A DNA stretch of 64,000 bases, from positions 139,163-203,162 of the forward strand of contig JBJXGE010000032.1 of NCBI GenBank assembly GCA_046154185.1. The letters are read 5' to 3'. The DNA comes from Planctomycetota bacterium (lineage in GTDB: Bacteria > Planctomycetota > UBA8108 > UBA1146 > JAJFFE01). The translations under genes and the position numbers were made by a program. Shown here one piece after another: positions 47,979 through 58,737 of this stretch. The notes beneath the pieces are model-generated. The model did not search any database and was not told the DNA's origin. It was given only the letters and a program-made list of their open reading frames with translations. How positions within the stretch are numbered: the stretch's first letter is position 1; each line of letters begins with the position of its first letter.

Positions 47979-49796
47979 ATGAAGCTCAAGCGCACACACA
48001 TGTGCGGCGAACTACGTGCGGCGCACCAAGGCCAAGTTGTCACCGTCGCAGGTTGGGTCGATCGCATTCGCGAAATCGGCGGCGTCGTCTTCATCGATCT
48101 GCGCGACCGCGAAGGTGTCGTGCAGTTGAGTTTCACCAAAGAGCATAGCGCGGCGCTTCTCGATAGCGCTCGCGAACTTGGCCGCGAATATGTCATCGCC
48201 GCGCGAGCGAAAGTCATCGGTCGCGGGCAGGAGAATACGAACGCCAAGCTCGCGACCGGTGAAGTCGAGCTGCTCGTCGACGAGCTCGAAGTGCTCAACA
48301 GCTCCAAGACCCCGCCCCTCGACGTGCGCGACCACCTCGAGACGAATCCCGAGCTGCGCATGAAGTACCGCTACATCGATCTGCGGCGGCCGAAAATGCA
48401 CGCGATCATCAAGTTGCGTCATCGGCTCATCAAATCGGTGCGCGACTACCTCGATGGCCGTGGCTTCTATGAGATCGAAACTCCGCTCCTCACCAAGCCG
48501 ACGCCCGAGGGCGCGCGCGACTTCTTGGTGCCGGCGCGACTCATGCCCGGCAACTTCTACGCGTTGCCGCAATCCCCGCAGATTTTCAAACAGATCCTGA
48601 TGATCGCCGGCTTCGATCGTTATTTTCAGTTTGCGCGCTGCATGCGCGATGAAGACAAACGCGGCGATCGACAACCTGAGCACACGCAGCTGGACTTTGA
48701 GATGAGTTTCGTCCGACCGGCCGATGTGCAAGCCGTCATCGAAGGCGTGCTGTCGCACGTCATGAAGAGTGTGCTTGGCGTCGAGATCAAGACGCCGCTC
48801 CCCCACCTGCAATATCGCGAGGCGATGCGGCGCTTCGGTAGCGACAAACCCGACACGCGCTTCGGTATGGAGCTCGTGACGCTCACCGACGAACTGCGCG
48901 AATGTGGATTCGGCGTGTTCGCGAACACCATCAAGGCCGGCAATGTCGTCAAGGCACTCCGGCTCCCCGGCGGCAATGCGTTGGTTTCCAAGGGACAATT
49001 CAAAGCGCTCGAGACCGACGCGCGCGGCCGCGGCGCGAAGGGGCTCGCGTTCATCCGCTACACGGATGAGGGGCTCGATTCATCGTTCACGAAATTCTTG
49101 AACGAGCAAGATCTCGCGAAGATTCAACGTGCGACGGGCGCGGAGCGCGGCGACTTGCTGTTGTTCGTCGCCGACAAGCAGGATCTTGCCGACCAGGTGT
49201 TGTCGTCGCTGCGACTCCAGTTCGGCGAAAAGCTCGGGCTGCGTGACGCGAAGCATTTCAATTATCTCTGGGTCGACAATTTTCCCCAGTTCGAATACGA
49301 CGCCGAGAAGAACTTGATCAACGCGGCGCACCATCCTTTCGTGATGCCAGAAAACCCGGAGCAATTGCTCGCGCTCGCCGACGAGCTGCGCCACTCGGGC
49401 GGCAAGGCGACGCCCAAGGCTGTCGACCACGCGCTGGCAATCACGGCAAGCCAATACGATCTCGTCGTGAATGGCGTTGAACTCGGCAGCGGTTCGCTAC
49501 GCATCACCGACCCAAATATCCAATCGGCGATGTTCACTTGCCTTGGCATTTCGCCCGAGCAAGCGCAACAAAAGTTCGGATTCCTCCTCAACGCGCTGAG
49601 CTTTGGCGCCCCGCCGATGGCCGGTATCGGTATCGGCGTCGACCGCTGGCTCATGGTGCTGCTCGGCCTCGACACCATTACGGAAGTGATCGCTTTTCCA
49701 AAGACTTCCGCCGGCAAGGGCTTGATGGACGAGAGCCCCGCCCCGGCCGATCCCGAGCTACTCAAAGAGCTGCGAATTCAAGCCGTTCCCGAGTAA
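47979..49796 (+). CDS. aspS: Aspartate--tRNA ligase
   Basis: OB-fold anticodon-binding N-terminus and class-II aaRS motifs (FYALPQSPQ, GSGSLRI, GIGVDRW). Confidence 0.95.
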   Translation: MKLKRTHMCGELRAAHQGQVVTVAGWVDRIREIGGVVFIDLRDREGVVQLSFTKEHSAALLDSARELGREYVIAARAKVIGRGQENTNAKLATGEVELLVDELEVLNSSKTPPLDVRDHLETNPELRMKYRYIDLRRPKMHAIIKLRHRLIKSVRDYLDGRGFYEIETPLLTKPTPEGARDFLVPARLMPGNFYALPQSPQIFKQILMIAGFDRYFQFARCMRDEDKRGDRQPEHTQLDFEMSFVRPADVQAVIEGVLSHVMKSVLGVEIKTPLPHLQYREAMRRFGSDKPDTRFGMELVTLTDELRECGFGVFANTIKAGNVVKALRLPGGNALVSKGQFKALETDARGRGAKGLAFIRYTDEGLDSSFTKFLNEQDLAKIQRATGAERGDLLLFVADKQDLADQVLSSLRLQFGEKLGLRDAKHFNYLWVDNFPQFEYDAEKNLINAAHHPFVMPENPEQLLALADELRHSGGKATPKAVDHALAITASQYDLVVNGVELGSGSLRITDPNIQSAMFTCLGISPEQAQQKFGFLLNALSFGAPPMAGIGIGVDRWLMVLLGLDTITEVIAFPKTSAGKGLMDESPAPADPELLKELRIQAVPE

Positions 49797-49907
49797 CCGA
49801 CGAGAATCGCAAACTAAAAAGTTTCTTCGCAAGCCCACAGCACTCTTGCCGGATATATCCGGCGCCGATATATTCACGACCAACCGATACGGCAAAGGAG
49901 CTTCGAC

Positions 49908-50312
49908 GTGTTTGGAAAAGATGGCCGTCGCGAGGCGACCGAGCTTGTTGTGCTTTCGATTCTCAACGCTGGGCCGCGCTACGGCTACGCGATCAGCAAA
50001 GAGATCAGCGTTCGTTCGAGTGGCGCGTTGCGTGTGACGCCCGGAATCCTTTACCCGCTCCTGCACGAGTTGGAGGCGAAGGGGCTGTTGCGCAGCTACT
50101 GGGACAGCGTCACGGCCAACGCCGGCGACGACAGCCGCGTCCGCCGCGTGAGCAACGAATCGGAAGAGCACGACGGCGGTCGGCGTCGCAAGTGGTACGC
50201 GCTTTCGGTGCGCGGCCGCAAACTCTTGGCGCGGCGAGTCGACGCCCACCGCGAGATGCATGCGCTCCTCGATTCATTCTTGCCGCAGCTCGAAGGTGAG
50301 GGTGGACGGTGA
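49908..50312 (+). CDS. PadR family transcriptional regulator
   Basis: GPRYGYAISKEI...GILYPLLHELEAKGLL winged-helix PadR signature. Confidence 0.85.
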   Translation: MFGKDGRREATELVVLSILNAGPRYGYAISKEISVRSSGALRVTPGILYPLLHELEAKGLLRSYWDSVTANAGDDSRVRRVSNESEEHDGGRRRKWYALSVRGRKLLARRVDAHREMHALLDSFLPQLEGEGGR

Positions 50313-51259
50313 CGATGCGGCGACCGAAACGACTGCAAGTCGCTCGCGCCGATCACAGCGCCGCTGCCGTCGCCGTATGGCTCGCGACACTCGCACGCGG
50401 CCTGCGCGTGACGCCGGCGCGGCGCGACGACATCGTTTGCGAAGTCGACGAACACGTCCACGAGCGAATTCGGGAATTACTCATCAACGGTCTGTCTCGA
50501 ACCGAAGCCGAACGCGTCACCCTCGACGAGTTGGGCGACGCCGCGCTGGTGGCGCGGCGCTTTACCGTGGTTCACACTTGGAGAAGGAGACTCGTCATGC
50601 GTTTTGCGTTCATCGCCATGGGAGCCGGTTTGTTGTTATGCGCGGCAAGCGTCGTCAAGAGTCCGGCGCCAGTCGGCGTGCGCTACTTCCAATCGGCCCC
50701 GGCGACCGCCGCCGAGAAACTCGCGGACACTCGCATTTCGGTGCCCAGCTCGACGACGCTTGGCACCTTCATCGACGCGTTTGCGCACGCCGCGCAGCGA
50801 CCCGTCTATGTGCATTGGAACAGACTTGCCGAACGAGAGCGGGATCGCGAGACCACCATCGAAAACCCGATCACCAACGTGTCGCTTACGACTGCACTCG
50901 GTCTCGTCGGCGCCGAACTCTTCGAAGGCGACGGCCTGGCCTGCAAAGTCACCGACGAATTGATCGAGATCTCCACGCGCAGCCACTTCGATAGACAATC
51001 GCGCACGCTCGCGAGTTACGACCTGAGGGATGTCCGTGAAGAGGGCATGGACTACGACGACGCGCTCTTAGAACTCGTCAATACGATGATGGAAGACGCG
51101 ATCAAGAGTAACGATGCAATCCATATGTATATCCTCGGCCACAAACTCTTCCTGCACGCCCCCGAGCGCGCCCACGACTTAGTGCGGTGGATCCTCACGG
51201 AGCTGCGCGCGACGTCGGCGGAGATCGATACCAGCGCCGGCGAGGCCCTACCGCGCTGA
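50309..51259 (+). CDS. PadR-associated membrane protein (DUF1700-like N-terminus, one TM segment, extracytoplasmic C-terminal domain)
   Basis: 4-bp overlap with padR. N-terminal HERIRELLINGLSRTEAERVTLDELGD, then hydrophobic FAFIAMGAGLLLCAASVV. Confidence 0.55.
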   Translation: MTMRRPKRLQVARADHSAAAVAVWLATLARGLRVTPARRDDIVCEVDEHVHERIRELLINGLSRTEAERVTLDELGDAALVARRFTVVHTWRRRLVMRFAFIAMGAGLLLCAASVVKSPAPVGVRYFQSAPATAAEKLADTRISVPSSTTLGTFIDAFAHAAQRPVYVHWNRLAERERDRETTIENPITNVSLTTALGLVGAELFEGDGLACKVTDELIEISTRSHFDRQSRTLASYDLRDVREEGMDYDDALLELVNTMMEDAIKSNDAIHMYILGHKLFLHAPERAHDLVRWILTELRATSAEIDTSAGEALPR

Positions 51260-51355
51260 GTTCGTTTTACTTGCGCAAAGACTCGGCACTCACGGGTGGT
51301 TCTCTTACCAGAACCACTCGTGCGCGGGTCGTAAGAAAAGTCGGCGGACGGGCAT

Positions 51356-52930
51356 TCACCCGCCCAGCGTCGAGAACATCCCCGCCCCGCCGCGCGGGGT
51401 GCGGTATTCGAGCGCCTCGTGCAAGTGCCGATCGGCGATAGAGCGCTCTGCTTCGGTATCGGCGATGGTCCGCGCGAGGCGCAGCACGCGCGTGAGACCG
51501 CGCGTCGAGAGATCGAGTTCCGTCGCGCTTCGCGCGAGCAGGCGCTCGGCGGTCGTCGCCATCGGCGCCCACTCGCGCCGCGTCGTCCATTCGAGAAAAC
51601 GGTTCGGCTGCGGCCGCCCTTCGCGGCGGCGAAACTCGACGGCTCGGTCGACAATCGCGCGCAAGGCGGCGCTTCCGATGGGATCGCGGGCACCCGCGGC
51701 CGCGAGCATCTCGCCGCTCGAGGGCGCCGCCACTTCGATGCGCAAATCGATGCGATCGAGAAGCGGCCCCGAGACCTTTTCCAGGTAACGTCGAATGCGT
51801 TCGCCAAGACATCCGCAACGCCGTCGAGGGTGCATGTAGTATCCGCACGGACATGGATTCATCGCCGCGACCAACAGGAATGACGCGGGAAACCGCAAGC
51901 TTCCGGCGGCACGCGAAATCGTGATCTGCCCTTCTTCGAGGGGCTCGCGCAATGCTTCGAGCGACCGCCGTTGAAACTCCGGCAACTCATCGAGAAATAA
52001 CACGCCGCGATGCGCCGCAGTGATCTCGCCAGGTCGCGGAATGATCCCACCACCAACGAGGCCCGCCCACGAAACCGTGTGATGCGGCGCACGAAACGGC
52101 CGCTCTGTGATGAGACCCGGCACTTGCTTCAATCCCGCGGCCGAGTGGATGCGCGTGATCTCGAGTCGTTCTTCGTCAGTCGGCGGCGGCAACAGGCCGG
52201 ATATGCGCCGGGCCATCAGACTCTTGCCCGCGCCGGGCGGACCTACGAACAGCACGTTGTGTTCACCCGCGACGGCGATCGCGAGCGCGCGCTTGATCGC
52301 GCGATGCCCCACGACTTCGTGAAAGTCGAGCGCTGGCAATAGTGTGTTCTGATGCATCGAATCGCTCGTCGCGACCGGGGCCGCCGCGCAGCCAGGATCC
52401 GTTCCGCGCAAAATATCCGCGGCTTGCCGAAGACTTACCGCCCCGCGCGTGACTACGCCCGGAACCGCGGCCGCCTCGTCGAGATTCTCAACCGGCACCA
52501 CAATTCGTGCGCGTCCGACATCACGCAGCGCCGCAACCATGGCGAGCGTTCCGACCGCAGGTCGCAGCCGGCCGTCGAGCGAAAGCTCGCCGAGCACGCC
52601 CCAAGCCGCCAGACTGTCGTGCGCGATCTCGAGTTCCTTCGACGCGAGCAAAATGCCGAGCGCGATCGGCAGATCGAAAACGGCGCCATCTTTTTCCCAA
52701 GCCGCCGGGGCCAGATTGACGATGACCTTCTTGTCACCCGGGAAAAAATAGCGCGAGTTTTGAATCGCCGAGCGAATCCGTTCGCGGCTTTCGCGAATCC
52801 CTTTTCCGGGTAAGCCGCTGATGACGATCGTCGGCTGAGTCGTCGGAAAAAGCGCGACTTCGATTTCGACGATGCGACCGTCGATACCAAACACATCCGC
52901 GGAGCAAAGGCGTGCCACCACAACACCCAT
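51356..52930 (-). CDS. yifB: YifB/ComM family Mg-chelatase-like AAA+ ATPase
   Basis: N-terminal Lon-like region, AAA+ Walker A GPPGAGKS, C-terminal ChlI-type region. Confidence 0.85.
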   Translation of the reverse strand: MGVVVARLCSADVFGIDGRIVEIEVALFPTTQPTIVISGLPGKGIRESRERIRSAIQNSRYFFPGDKKVIVNLAPAAWEKDGAVFDLPIALGILLASKELEIAHDSLAAWGVLGELSLDGRLRPAVGTLAMVAALRDVGRARIVVPVENLDEAAAVPGVVTRGAVSLRQAADILRGTDPGCAAAPVATSDSMHQNTLLPALDFHEVVGHRAIKRALAIAVAGEHNVLFVGPPGAGKSLMARRISGLLPPPTDEERLEITRIHSAAGLKQVPGLITERPFRAPHHTVSWAGLVGGGIIPRPGEITAAHRGVLFLDELPEFQRRSLEALREPLEEGQITISRAAGSLRFPASFLLVAAMNPCPCGYYMHPRRRCGCLGERIRRYLEKVSGPLLDRIDLRIEVAAPSSGEMLAAAGARDPIGSAALRAIVDRAVEFRRREGRPQPNRFLEWTTRREWAPMATTAERLLARSATELDLSTRGLTRVLRLARTIADTEAERSIADRHLHEALEYRTPRGGAGMFSTLGG

Positions 52931-53094
52931 CCCATCGTGGGATGCGAGCGCCAGGTGGCGAGAGAGTAACGCCTCCACACGCGCCGCTCAACGGCGCCGG
53001 GGCGCCAGTCGGCGGCCTGCAGCGGGTGGTCCGAGCGGCTGTCGACTGTTATGATGCCCCACCAGACCCTGACCTCCAGGAGGAAAGACACCGC

Positions 53095-55428
53095 ATGACG
53101 CACTCGCTGCGCTTCCGCTTCGCGACCGTTCTGGTTCTTGTCATTTGTGTGCTAGCGCCACTTGCAAAAGCGCGGGGCCAGGAAGACCCAACCGCCGACC
53201 CAAAAGCGAACGTCACCGCGGAGATCGAACGCATCACCAAGCGCTACGGCGCTGGCGATCTCGCGCGCGCTTGGCAAGGCGCCGCGCAACTCGAAGAGCT
53301 GGGTCCGGCGATTTTGCCGTGGGCAACGGAGCAATTGGCCACGGCGCCGGAGGCGCAAAGCGACGCCGCCGCGATCCCGCTCCTCATGGTGGCAAAGTCG
53401 TTACTCGCGCTCGGCGAAACGGAGCCCGTCGAGAAAGCGCTGCTTGCGCTGGGCGCAGCTTTTTCGTTAAGCGTCCCGGTGCGTTCGGCGGCGCTCGAGC
53501 TCCTCGGCGAGTTCCCCGGTGAGCGCGCCGAAAAACTGCTCACGGAAATCTTGGCCGGCGATGAACAATTCGACGCATCGCTGCGCATCGCGGCGGCGCG
53601 CAGTTTGTTTCAGGTATCGGGCGAATACAAAGCCGTGCGCACGTTTTTGCGTCCGCTGTTAGAGGTCGACGACGCAGCCGTGCGCAACGCCGCGGCCCTC
53701 GCGCTCGGCGAAATGGACAATCTCGACGGGCCGGTCAAGCGCATCTTGCTCAGCCTCGAGAAAGAACCGACCTCCGCCGGAGCGCAGGCGCGCCTCATCC
53801 TTGCGCACGAACGACGCTTGCGCAGTCTCGAACGTCGGCTCGAGGCAAAAGAACCGGACTTGCCGACCGGCGGCGAGGGAGTGCGGCTCGAGCGCGAACT
53901 CGAGCAGACGACGCGCCAACTCGAGGAAAAACGGCAGCAGCTCGAAGACATCCGTCAGCAACTCGCGCAGGGACGTCTCAACCATCCGCTCGTCAACGAT
54001 TTGCTTCAGCTCGTGCTCGATAACTACGTCGATCCGGCACTCGCCGATCCGAAGGCGCTCGTCGTCGAGGCCGCGAAGGGCATGATCGCAAGCCTTGATC
54101 CATTCTCGATGTTCATGGATGTCAAGGAGACCAAGGAGTTCTACGAAAGTATCGCGGGCGAATACGCCGGCATCGGCGCGCAAGTCGGAAAAGATAAGGA
54201 GACCGATTTCCTCATCATCTTGCGGCCGATCTATGGAGGCCCTGCCTACCAAGCCGGACTTCTCACGGACGACAAGATCATCTCCATCGGCGGAGTCTCT
54301 ACCAAGGGACTCAATCTCGAAGAGATTCTCAAGAAATTGAAGGGCGACGCTGGCGCCACAGCTCAGCTCGAAGTGCATCGACGCGGCTGGAAGGAACCGC
54401 GCAAATTCGACATTCAACGCAAAATGATTCGTCTCGAGTCGGTGGCCACGACGGTGCTGCCCGGAAAGATCGGCTATCTAAGTCTCTCGCAGTTCGGCGA
54501 TGACGCGGTCACGGAATTCGAAAACGGCATACAGTCACTGCTCAACGACGGTGTCAACGCGGTAGTGCTCGATCTTCGCAACAATGGGGGTGGCTACATG
54601 GAGGCCGCGGTCTCGATTGTCGACATGTTTGTCGGCGATCAGAAGGACCCGATCGTCTCGCAGCGTGACATTGGCCGCCGCATGAGTCCCAAGCAGCACT
54701 TTGCAAAGCCGCCGCATTTGGGCGACTTTCCGCTGATCGTACTCATCAACGAAGGCAGCGCGAGCGCCGCGGAAATTGTCTCGGGCGCGCTCCAAGATTT
54801 CGGCCGTGCGACGCTTGTCGGCGAACGAAGCTTCGGCAAGGGAAGCGTTCAACAACTTCTCAATTTGCCGGAAGGCACCAATGCTCTCCTCGGCGGTCCG
54901 ACAAAGCTGCGGCTCACCGTCCAATACTACTTTTTGCCATCGGGGCGTTCGATTCACACGCAGCGGGACGCCGAGGGACGTGTCATCGAAGAAGGCGGAG
55001 TCAAGCCCGACATCGAGGTCGTGCAGGACGCGCCGCCTTTGTGGCGCCTCGAAGCGCTCAATCGCCTCGTCGACAAGAACGCGTTTCGCGACTACTTGGA
55101 GAAACACCCGCTGAAAGATAATGGCGAACTCTACCGTGTCGTCGCCGAGCTGGGCGACGGCGGCAGCACATCGACCTATCCCGGGTTCGACGAGCACTTC
55201 TCTCCACTCAATACGGATCGCGCGGAAGTCGACGACATCCGCCGCTACTTGCGCCGTGAAATCCGCCGCCTCGTCATGGATGAGCGCGGCAAGGAGTTCG
55301 CGTGCGACTATTCGGATGACATCCAACTTCAGCGCGCGATCCTCGAGCTGCTCAAGAAGCTCGGCACCGCACCGGAATCCATCGTCGAGTACAAGACCTT
55401 CGCCAAAGTCGCGGACAAGGGCGGTTAG
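53095..55428 (+). CDS. C-terminal processing (tail-specific, S41) peptidase with ~330-aa N-terminal HEAT-like repeat region and coiled coil
   Basis: Signal peptide after ATG 53095, with SD GGAGGAAAG. HEAT-like repeats (VRSAALELLGEFPG, VRNAAALALGEMDN). PDZ region. S41 catalytic blocks NNGGGYMEAAVSIVDMF and EGSASAAEIVSGALQD...GKGSVQ. Confidence 0.8.
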   Translation: MTHSLRFRFATVLVLVICVLAPLAKARGQEDPTADPKANVTAEIERITKRYGAGDLARAWQGAAQLEELGPAILPWATEQLATAPEAQSDAAAIPLLMVAKSLLALGETEPVEKALLALGAAFSLSVPVRSAALELLGEFPGERAEKLLTEILAGDEQFDASLRIAAARSLFQVSGEYKAVRTFLRPLLEVDDAAVRNAAALALGEMDNLDGPVKRILLSLEKEPTSAGAQARLILAHERRLRSLERRLEAKEPDLPTGGEGVRLERELEQTTRQLEEKRQQLEDIRQQLAQGRLNHPLVNDLLQLVLDNYVDPALADPKALVVEAAKGMIASLDPFSMFMDVKETKEFYESIAGEYAGIGAQVGKDKETDFLIILRPIYGGPAYQAGLLTDDKIISIGGVSTKGLNLEEILKKLKGDAGATAQLEVHRRGWKEPRKFDIQRKMIRLESVATTVLPGKIGYLSLSQFGDDAVTEFENGIQSLLNDGVNAVVLDLRNNGGGYMEAAVSIVDMFVGDQKDPIVSQRDIGRRMSPKQHFAKPPHLGDFPLIVLINEGSASAAEIVSGALQDFGRATLVGERSFGKGSVQQLLNLPEGTNALLGGPTKLRLTVQYYFLPSGRSIHTQRDAEGRVIEEGGVKPDIEVVQDAPPLWRLEALNRLVDKNAFRDYLEKHPLKDNGELYRVVAELGDGGSTSTYPGFDEHFSPLNTDRAEVDDIRRYLRREIRRLVMDERGKEFACDYSDDIQLQRAILELLKKLGTAPESIVEYKTFAKVADKGG

Positions 55429-55530
55429 GCGAACTAGCCCCAGAACAAGCGCTGCGCGCGTGTTCTGGGGCTAGCTTTTTCCTGTCGGTGTTGCTCCAAC
55501 ACCCCTGTACGAGTCGCGCTTGTTTTCGGA

Positions 55531-58500
55531 CTAGACGTATTCAGACCAGGTCTTGATTTGCAGATCGCGATCGACGTCGAGGCTGAAAATGGCTTCGACA
55601 AACATGTTCGCGGCTTGAATATTTGTGAACAAACTGATCTCGTAATCGACGGTCTTGCGGCGAATCGCGTAATCATTGTCGAGTTCCTGCGGCTCGAAGC
55701 TCTTCGGCACATTGATGACGAGATCGATGTCGCCACGGTCGATGAGCTCGAGCGCCGACGGACTTCCGGAGCCCGGGAACGGCACGGATTGCGAAACGAT
55801 TTGGTGCTGCGTCAAAAACGCGTGCGTGCCGGGCGTGGCGTAGAGCGGGAGTCCGAGCTTCGCAAGCTTGCGCGTGCTGTCGAGGAATGCGACTTTCCCC
55901 TCGATGGTTCCGGTCGAAAGCAGCACGCCCTTGCGCGGAATCTTGTAACCGACCGCGAGCACTGCCTTGAGAAACGCCTCGTAGACGTTGTCACCCAAGC
56001 ACGCGACCTCGCCGGTCGAAGCCATTTCCACGCCCAACAACGGGTCGGCGCCCTTGAGGCGCGAGAAGCTGAACTGCGGCGCCTTTACGCCGACGAAGTC
56101 GAGTTCGAACGCCGAGTTGGCGGGTGACTCGACCGCCTCGCCGAGCATCGCGCGCACCGCGTAATCGATGAAGTTCACCTTCAGAATCTTCGACACAAAC
56201 GGAAAACTTCGCGAAGCGCGCAGGTTGCACTCGATCACTTTGATTTTGTTGTCGCGGGCGAGGAACTGAATATTGAATGGGCCGGTGATGCGCAACGCTT
56301 GCGCGATACTCTTGGAGATTTTTTTTATGCGCCGCACCGTTTCGTGGTAGAGGCGCTGCGCCGGAAAGACCATGGTCGCATCGCCCGAATGCACACCTGC
56401 GTTCTCGACGTGCTCACTAATCGCGTAGCAAATGACGCGTCCGTTTTGCGCAACGCCGTCCAGCTCGATCTCTTTGGCGTTCAGGATGAACTTCGATATC
56501 ACCACGGGGTGCTCGCGCGACACTTCAGCCGCGAGCGCGAGATAGGCCTCCAATTCGCGATCGGAATGCGCAACGCTCATCGCCGCGCCGCTCAACACGT
56601 ACGACGGTCGAATCAGCACGGGGTACTCGGACTCGCGCGCGAATTTTTTCGCCTCTTCAAGGCTCGTTGCTTGCACCCACTCCGGCTGATCGATCTCGAG
56701 CTGGTCGAGTAGTGAAGAGAACTTTTCGCGATTCTCCGCGCGATCGATGTCACTGACCGCAGTCCCCAAGACCGGCACACCGCGCTCGCCGAGCGCGACC
56801 GCCAAGTTGTTCGGAATCTGCCCGCCGACGCTAATGATGACACCCACCGGCTGCTCGCGATCGCATATATCGAGCACCCGTTCCAGCGACAACTCCTCGA
56901 AGTAGAGCCGGTCGCAGGAGTCGTAGTCGGTGGAGACGGTCTCGGGATTGTAGTTGATCATGATCGTCGGTCGACCGCACCCCTGCAGCGCTTGCGCGGC
57001 GTTGACGCAGCACCAATCGAACTCGACCGAACTGCCAATGCGATACGCGCCGCCGCCGAGCACGATGTAAGGTGGCGTCGACGACGGTTCGACATCGTCG
57101 CAGTCGGAGTTGTAAGTGAGATACAAGTAGTTGGTCTGCGCCGGATACTCCGCCGCCAACGTGTCAATCTGCCGCGTGCGCGGCAACACGCCCAGCGCCT
57201 GGCGCCGTCGGCGAACCGCAAACATCGACGCAAAGCGCCGGCCAGGGTCCGCATCGCGCACCAACCGCGCGATCTGATTGTCGGAAAAACCGGTTTGCTT
57301 CGCGAGACGAAGCAACTCCACCGGCATGTCGTCCAAGCTATGCTCCTCGACCGCGCGCGCGATATCGACAATCGTGCGAATCCGCTTCAAGAACCACGGC
57401 GTTACTTTCGTCAGCCGGTGAATCTCCTCGAGCGCCACGCCGCGCCGGAACGCCTCCGCAATCACAAACAGCCGCTGCTCGGTCGCGTGCTCCAGCTGTT
57501 CTTCGATGTTCTCGAGCTTGAAGGAGTTCGCGACGACTCCGTGCGCACCGACGCCGAGCATTCGACAGGCCTTTTGCAGCGCTTCCTCGAAACGGCGGCC
57601 GATCGCCATGACTTCGCCGACGCTTTTCATCTCGCTGCCGAGTTCGCGCGTCACGTGGCGAAACTTCTTGAGGTCCCAACGCGGAATCTTGATGACGACA
57701 TAGTCGAGCGCGGGCTCGAAGCAACTTGTTGTTACTTTGGTTATCGAGTTCGGAATCTCCGCGAGCGAGTAGCCCAATGCGAGCTTCGCCGCGACAAACG
57801 CCAGCGGATAACCGGTCGCTTTCGAAGCCAACGCCGAACTGCGCGATAAGCGCGCGTTCACTTCGATGATCCGGTACTTCTGACTGCGCGGATCGAGCGC
57901 GTACTGCACGTTGCACTCGCCGACGATTCCGATGTGACGGATCAATTGGATCGCGATCGAGCGCAGCCGGTGATATTCGTCATCGCTCAAAGTCTGCGAC
58001 GGCGCGACCACGATACTCTCGCCGGTGTGAATGCCGAGCGCGTCGAAGTTCTCCATATTGCAAACCGTGATGCAATTGTCGAACGCGTCTCGCACGACCT
58101 CGTATTCGATTTCCTTCCAGCCCTCGAGGTACTCCTCAATCAACACCTGCGGCGCCGTCGAGAGTGCTTTGCGCACCATTTCGGCGAGTGTCTTCGCGTC
58201 GCGCGCCATGCCCGAGCCTTTGCCGCCCAGCGCAAACGCCGCTCGCACCATCACTGGATAGCCGATGCGCTCGGCCGCCGCGAGTGCCTCATCAAGACGC
58301 GCCGCGGAACTCGACCGCGGCGTATCAAGCCCGATGCTGCGCAGCATGTCAGCGAAAAGCTGGCGATCTTCCGTCACACGAATCGCCTCAAGCGGAGTCC
58401 CCAGCACGCGGACGTTAAACTGATCGAGCACGCCGCGCCGGTGGAGTTCGATGCCGCAATTGAGCGCGGTCTGGCCGCCGAACGACAAGAACAAACCGTC

Positions 58501-58737
58501 TGGCCGTTCGCGTTCGATCACCTTGGTGACGAAGTCGGCGTTGACCGGCAGGAAATAGACTTCGTCGGCAAGATTCTCGCTGGTTTGAATCGTGGCGATA
58601 TTCGGATTCACGAGAACGGTGCGAATGCCTTCTTCCTTAAGCGCCTTGATCGCTTGCGAGCCGGAATAGTCAAACTCGCCGGCTTCCCCGATCTTGAGCG
58701 CGCCGCTGCCTAGGATCAGCACCTTTCGAGGTTTCAT
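55531..58737 (-). CDS. carB: Carbamoyl-phosphate synthase large subunit
   Basis: 1068 aa with duplicated ATP-grasp domains and MGS-like C-terminus. Begins MKPRKVLILGSGALKIGEAGEFDYSG. Confidence 0.95.
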   Translation of the reverse strand: MKPRKVLILGSGALKIGEAGEFDYSGSQAIKALKEEGIRTVLVNPNIATIQTSENLADEVYFLPVNADFVTKVIERERPDGLFLSFGGQTALNCGIELHRRGVLDQFNVRVLGTPLEAIRVTEDRQLFADMLRSIGLDTPRSSSAARLDEALAAAERIGYPVMVRAAFALGGKGSGMARDAKTLAEMVRKALSTAPQVLIEEYLEGWKEIEYEVVRDAFDNCITVCNMENFDALGIHTGESIVVAPSQTLSDDEYHRLRSIAIQLIRHIGIVGECNVQYALDPRSQKYRIIEVNARLSRSSALASKATGYPLAFVAAKLALGYSLAEIPNSITKVTTSCFEPALDYVVIKIPRWDLKKFRHVTRELGSEMKSVGEVMAIGRRFEEALQKACRMLGVGAHGVVANSFKLENIEEQLEHATEQRLFVIAEAFRRGVALEEIHRLTKVTPWFLKRIRTIVDIARAVEEHSLDDMPVELLRLAKQTGFSDNQIARLVRDADPGRRFASMFAVRRRRQALGVLPRTRQIDTLAAEYPAQTNYLYLTYNSDCDDVEPSSTPPYIVLGGGAYRIGSSVEFDWCCVNAAQALQGCGRPTIMINYNPETVSTDYDSCDRLYFEELSLERVLDICDREQPVGVIISVGGQIPNNLAVALGERGVPVLGTAVSDIDRAENREKFSSLLDQLEIDQPEWVQATSLEEAKKFARESEYPVLIRPSYVLSGAAMSVAHSDRELEAYLALAAEVSREHPVVISKFILNAKEIELDGVAQNGRVICYAISEHVENAGVHSGDATMVFPAQRLYHETVRRIKKISKSIAQALRITGPFNIQFLARDNKIKVIECNLRASRSFPFVSKILKVNFIDYAVRAMLGEAVESPANSAFELDFVGVKAPQFSFSRLKGADPLLGVEMASTGEVACLGDNVYEAFLKAVLAVGYKIPRKGVLLSTGTIEGKVAFLDSTRKLAKLGLPLYATPGTHAFLTQHQIVSQSVPFPGSGSPSALELIDRGDIDLVINVPKSFEPQELDNDYAIRRKTVDYEISLFTNIQAANMFVEAIFSLDVDRDLQIKTWSEYV

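Noticed and set aside
57934-58713. Plus-strand ORFs (e.g. 56992-57849, 57934-58713) inside carB
   Set aside because: Antisense to a canonical, full-length carB. No independent support.
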